A stretch of 32,000 bases of DNA from Trichodesmium erythraeum IMS101 (GTDB lineage: Bacteria; Cyanobacteriota; Cyanobacteriia; Cyanobacteriales; Microcoleaceae): contig NC_008312.1 in the NCBI RefSeq assembly GCF_000014265.1, positions 6,720,001-6,752,000 of the forward strand. The letters run 5' to 3'. The notes under the pieces were generated by a model. The model was not told where the DNA came from and searched no databases. It saw only the letters and a list, made by a program, of their open reading frames with translations. The number at the start of each line of letters is the position of its first letter. The first letter of the stretch is position 1. Made by a program: the position numbers and the translations under genes. This document shows positions 29,103-32,000 of this stretch, one piece after another.

Positions 29103-30278
29103 TTATGATAATGATGGACGAATTAGAACTACAGGGGTTTGCTCGTCAGCATTTCCTGCGGGATTAGTTCTCAATGCTTCCTCTAGTAAAGAGTGGGATA
29201 CATTAGAGGTTGCTGCTAATATTTTAACTGCTTTCAAGTCGTTCACATCTACTATTGCTGCACTTAGACCTGTTGCTTGTTGTATTTTTTCTACTACTTC
29301 TTGAGGATTTTCTGGACCTAAAACTATAAATTGGTCATAAGGAGGTAAAGTTCCAGTAACATCATCTATTAGTCTGGCTTGTTGTCCAGCAAATTGGTAG
29401 AACATTCCTGATTTCCCTAATATTTTAGCAATAGAGCCTCCAAAAAAAGCTATTAATACTCTTATTGGTCCAACAATATCTACTAGAGTTTGCATTCCAC
29501 AAGCTGTGGCCAAGCTTGAGGTGGGCAGGAAGAAGTAACAAATACGTTTAGCAACCCATCCTAGTTTTATATCTGTGGGGTGACGAAAACGACCTTGTAT
29601 TAAGGCTAGGGGTGTTTCTCCTATGGTAACTATGTCTCCTTTTTGAGCATGAGGAACTACATAACGTTTAATAATTTCTATTGGATCGTCTAGTTGAGTT
29701 AATAGGTGAGTGGGAATAGGAAATACTTTGGCATTTGTTACTTCTCGCACTTTGGGCGTAGAATTAGGGTTGGGAAATTTGAGGGGGACTATAATATGCT
29801 GCACTTTGGGAATTCGACCCTCAGGTCCATATGTAATATAATGTACTTTAATCCATGCAGAATTTAGTTGCTTTAGGTTATTACCTTGAATATCAATTGA
29901 TATTTTGAGTTTTGTCTTTTTTCCTACTTTTACTATATAAGCAAACCAATAGTTATCGTATCTAGCGGGAGCATCTTTATGGAAAGGAATAATTCTAGTT
30001 TGATAATTTACTCCTTCTAAACTTCCACTAGATAATAGTTTTACTTTTGCTTGTACTTCTGGCACCATAATTTCTAGGCTTTTAGTACGGTTGCATAATT
30101 CCATTTCACCCACTAAAAGATACCTTTCTGGTTCTGCAACTGCTAAATTCCAATCTTGAGAGGTTAATTCTAAGGCATTCCCTGGACGATTACGATATTG
30201 TAATTCTATTGCTAACCAGATTAAAGTTATAAGTATAGCTAAAACAATAATTCCTGTTGTTAAAATATTTGTAATCAC
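29103..30278 (-). CDS. membrane-anchored CofE-like (F420-0:gamma-glutamyl ligase family, PF01996-like) protein
   Basis: 391-aa ORF with a GTG start preceded by AGGAG. It has an N-terminal TM helix. Three blocks align to archaeal CofE as recalled: GDIVTIGETPLALIQGR (cf. GDVLVVCSTVISKAEGR), LGPENPQEVVEKIQQATGLSAAIVDVND (cf. PPLDPDGSAEKLRRRILELTGKRVGVIITDTNG) and GNADEQTPVVLIRP (cf. GEGGDGIPAVVVRG). Confidence 0.6.
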   Translation of the reverse strand: MITNILTTGIIVLAILITLIWLAIELQYRNRPGNALELTSQDWNLAVAEPERYLLVGEMELCNRTKSLEIMVPEVQAKVKLLSSGSLEGVNYQTRIIPFHKDAPARYDNYWFAYIVKVGKKTKLKISIDIQGNNLKQLNSAWIKVHYITYGPEGRIPKVQHIIVPLKFPNPNSTPKVREVTNAKVFPIPTHLLTQLDDPIEIIKRYVVPHAQKGDIVTIGETPLALIQGRFRHPTDIKLGWVAKRICYFFLPTSSLATACGMQTLVDIVGPIRVLIAFFGGSIAKILGKSGMFYQFAGQQARLIDDVTGTLPPYDQFIVLGPENPQEVVEKIQQATGLSAAIVDVNDLKAVKILAATSNVSHSLLEEALRTNPAGNADEQTPVVLIRPSLS

Positions 30279-31039
30279 CTAATCTCCTACATTCATATAA
30301 TTTTATCTAAGTTTACTTCATATAATTAATTCCTTTATTTTATTTGAAAATCCTGCTTATTTTACATAAGTCTAGTTGATTTAAGCGACTATCAGAATAT
30401 GTTCATTATTGACATATACTATAAAATATGACACATAAAAAATGTTGTTGATGTTGATGGAAAAAGTAAAACTAAATTTAAGGCCAAAAAAATCATCAGC
30501 CTAGTTTTTTCCTCTCACTGAAAAAGAAAGCAAAATCTAAAAATATCAACAACAAAAATATCTAAGGCTATTCTGGTTATTTTTTTGTAAAGTTTTGTAA
30601 ACTACATAAATACCCTGTTGTGGAATTGATTAAAAGAAAAAATTAGTCCCACTATGAAAAAATGGTTCTAAATTTCTACTGCTGATGCTAAGGATGTAGA
30701 TTTAAACTATTTTCCCGAAAGTATAAACTTAGTAACTTTTGACAACAAAACAAAGCCAATAGTTTTTTTTGCTGAGAGTGAAAAAAAAATCAACTTCAGT
30801 ATCGCAATAAGAGTGAGTGGTTTTTAGGAGTAGATGAGGATACTCAACCAGCTCCAGGGGTAGTACCTAGTTTGGTTAAAAAGGCTGAGGCTGAAGGATA
30901 AGATGTGATTTCGCTGTCGCCACGGTTTATCCTGAAATATCCAGGATAACTTTGGCTACAACTTGCTTTATTAAAAATGTTAGTTTATAGGTTTGGGCTA
31001 ACGGGTACGGGGATACAAACACCAGGAAGAGTTATGGCT

Positions 31040-31233
31040 AATGGTCAGTATTTTTTGTGCGACGTTCGGTGTTATCGAAGATGGGGAGTTACATTGGTGC
31101 TCAGGGTTCTTTTTGTGATCATGTGGCTCTGGCTAGAAATATTGCTGCTGAAGGGTTTAAGGTGCTTCGTTTTGATGGAGCGGAGGTTTTGGGAGTGAGA
31201 ATGTATGAGGGGATGGTGAAAATTTTGCAGTAG
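31040..31233 (+). pseudogene. remnant of a DUF559 / Vsr-like endonuclease-domain gene
   Basis: The in-frame tail ...MGSYIGAQGSFCDHVALARNIAAEGFKVLRFDGAEVLGVRMYEGMVKILQ* resembles DUF559 C-termini (DG..H ... R...L...G..VLRF.N.EVL). Upstream parts are in other frames. The track ORF 30977-31198 is an out-of-frame read of the same remnant. Confidence 0.35.
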
Positions 31234-31329
31234 TGGGGGCGATCGCTTGACCTAAAGGATGCTTATTCAACCGTTCAAGTTGGGAGCGATCTTTGGTTAT
31301 TTTGGGTAACTCAGGGTTTACCTTTATTA

Positions 31330-31620
31330 GTGCTATTGGTTTATTTTCTTTTTGGTCTCCCTATTTCTATTTCTGTGTCTGCTAAATTTTTGTTATCTGC
31401 TTTGAATTTATTTTTATTATTAATTAGGTTTGTTTTGTTGTTAGTTATTCCTTCCTCCTATGACTTCAGTCAAGCTCAAGCTAGTTGGTTATTTTTATTA
31501 TCTCTTTTAGCAAGCTCTTTGGCAGTTTTACAGATATTTTTATCTGCTATCAAGACTCCAAAAAATGGCGGGGTAGAGTTTATGGAGAAAATTAGGCTGT
31601 TTGGTAGAGTTATGACTTAG
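31330..31620 (+). CDS. doubtful L/F-rich hydrophobic ORF
   Basis: GTG-started 96-aa ORF of low complexity with no recognisable family. It could be a T-rich DNA artefact. Confidence 0.15.
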   Translation: MLLVYFLFGLPISISVSAKFLLSALNLFLLLIRFVLLLVIPSSYDFSQAQASWLFLLSLLASSLAVLQIFLSAIKTPKNGGVEFMEKIRLFGRVMT

Positions 31621-32000
31621 GAGTCAAGGCTCAGGAGTCAGAATGAATAGTCTAAATATTCGTTACATAGTGAGGTTTATTAGTATTTAACTACTGAGAG
31701 TTAGCACATCTATTGTCAATGGGATAAGGGTTATTGCAGTTCAGCATGTCAGCAGGTCAGCACAGATAAATTGCATGGTCACCAGGTAGGGGTAGTAAGA
31801 ATTGTCTCCTGATTTTTCTACCTAGGTATGCCCAAAATTTTACCCATGCATGAGCTTCAGCGACAGATATTTTGGTACTTTTTGAAACTTCTTAATTTGG
31901 CGCATAATTTGTGTGAATGCTTTGAGAGTTAATTAGTAGGGTTTACTTAAGTCTGATGAGTTAGGGTTAAGCTTTTGCTCAAATATAGTAAACTCTTCAG

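Overview
This is an AT-rich, gene-sparse chromosomal segment that looks like a filamentous, probably heterocyst-forming cyanobacterium. I count about 16 HIP1 octamers (GCGATCGC) by eye, and there are STRR-like heptamer arrays and PEP-CTERM proteins. Well-supported housekeeping genes are a cbiG-cobJ fusion, pyrB, moaE, an ECF sigma/anti-sigma pair, and the conserved minus-strand cluster ruvX / DUF1292-DUF3727 / mltG / yqeG. There are also a GNAT acetyltransferase, a membrane-anchored CofE-like protein, a fibrillin-like protein, a GGCT-like protein and a VOC-like protein. The main accessory element is a minus-strand three-gene cassette at 3030-7329: a trypco2-like small protein, a caspase-like CHAT protease with a zinc-ribbon insert, and a 725-aa TPR protein built from near-identical DNA repeats. 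I read it as a candidate protease-based conflict or programmed-cell-death system, predicted from domain content only. On its TPR side lies a decayed copy of the cobJ 3' end, so the cassette sits between two cobJ-tail repeats. The window is also rich in gene remnants (PIN toxin, PEP-CTERM protein, IS630 transposase, DUF559 endonuclease, moaE tail) and perfect tandem intergenic duplications. A 900-bp gap inside the ruvX-mltG cluster contains a GC-richer stretch of about 190 nt that folds like a 6S-type RNA. I found no CRISPR array, rRNA or tRNA.
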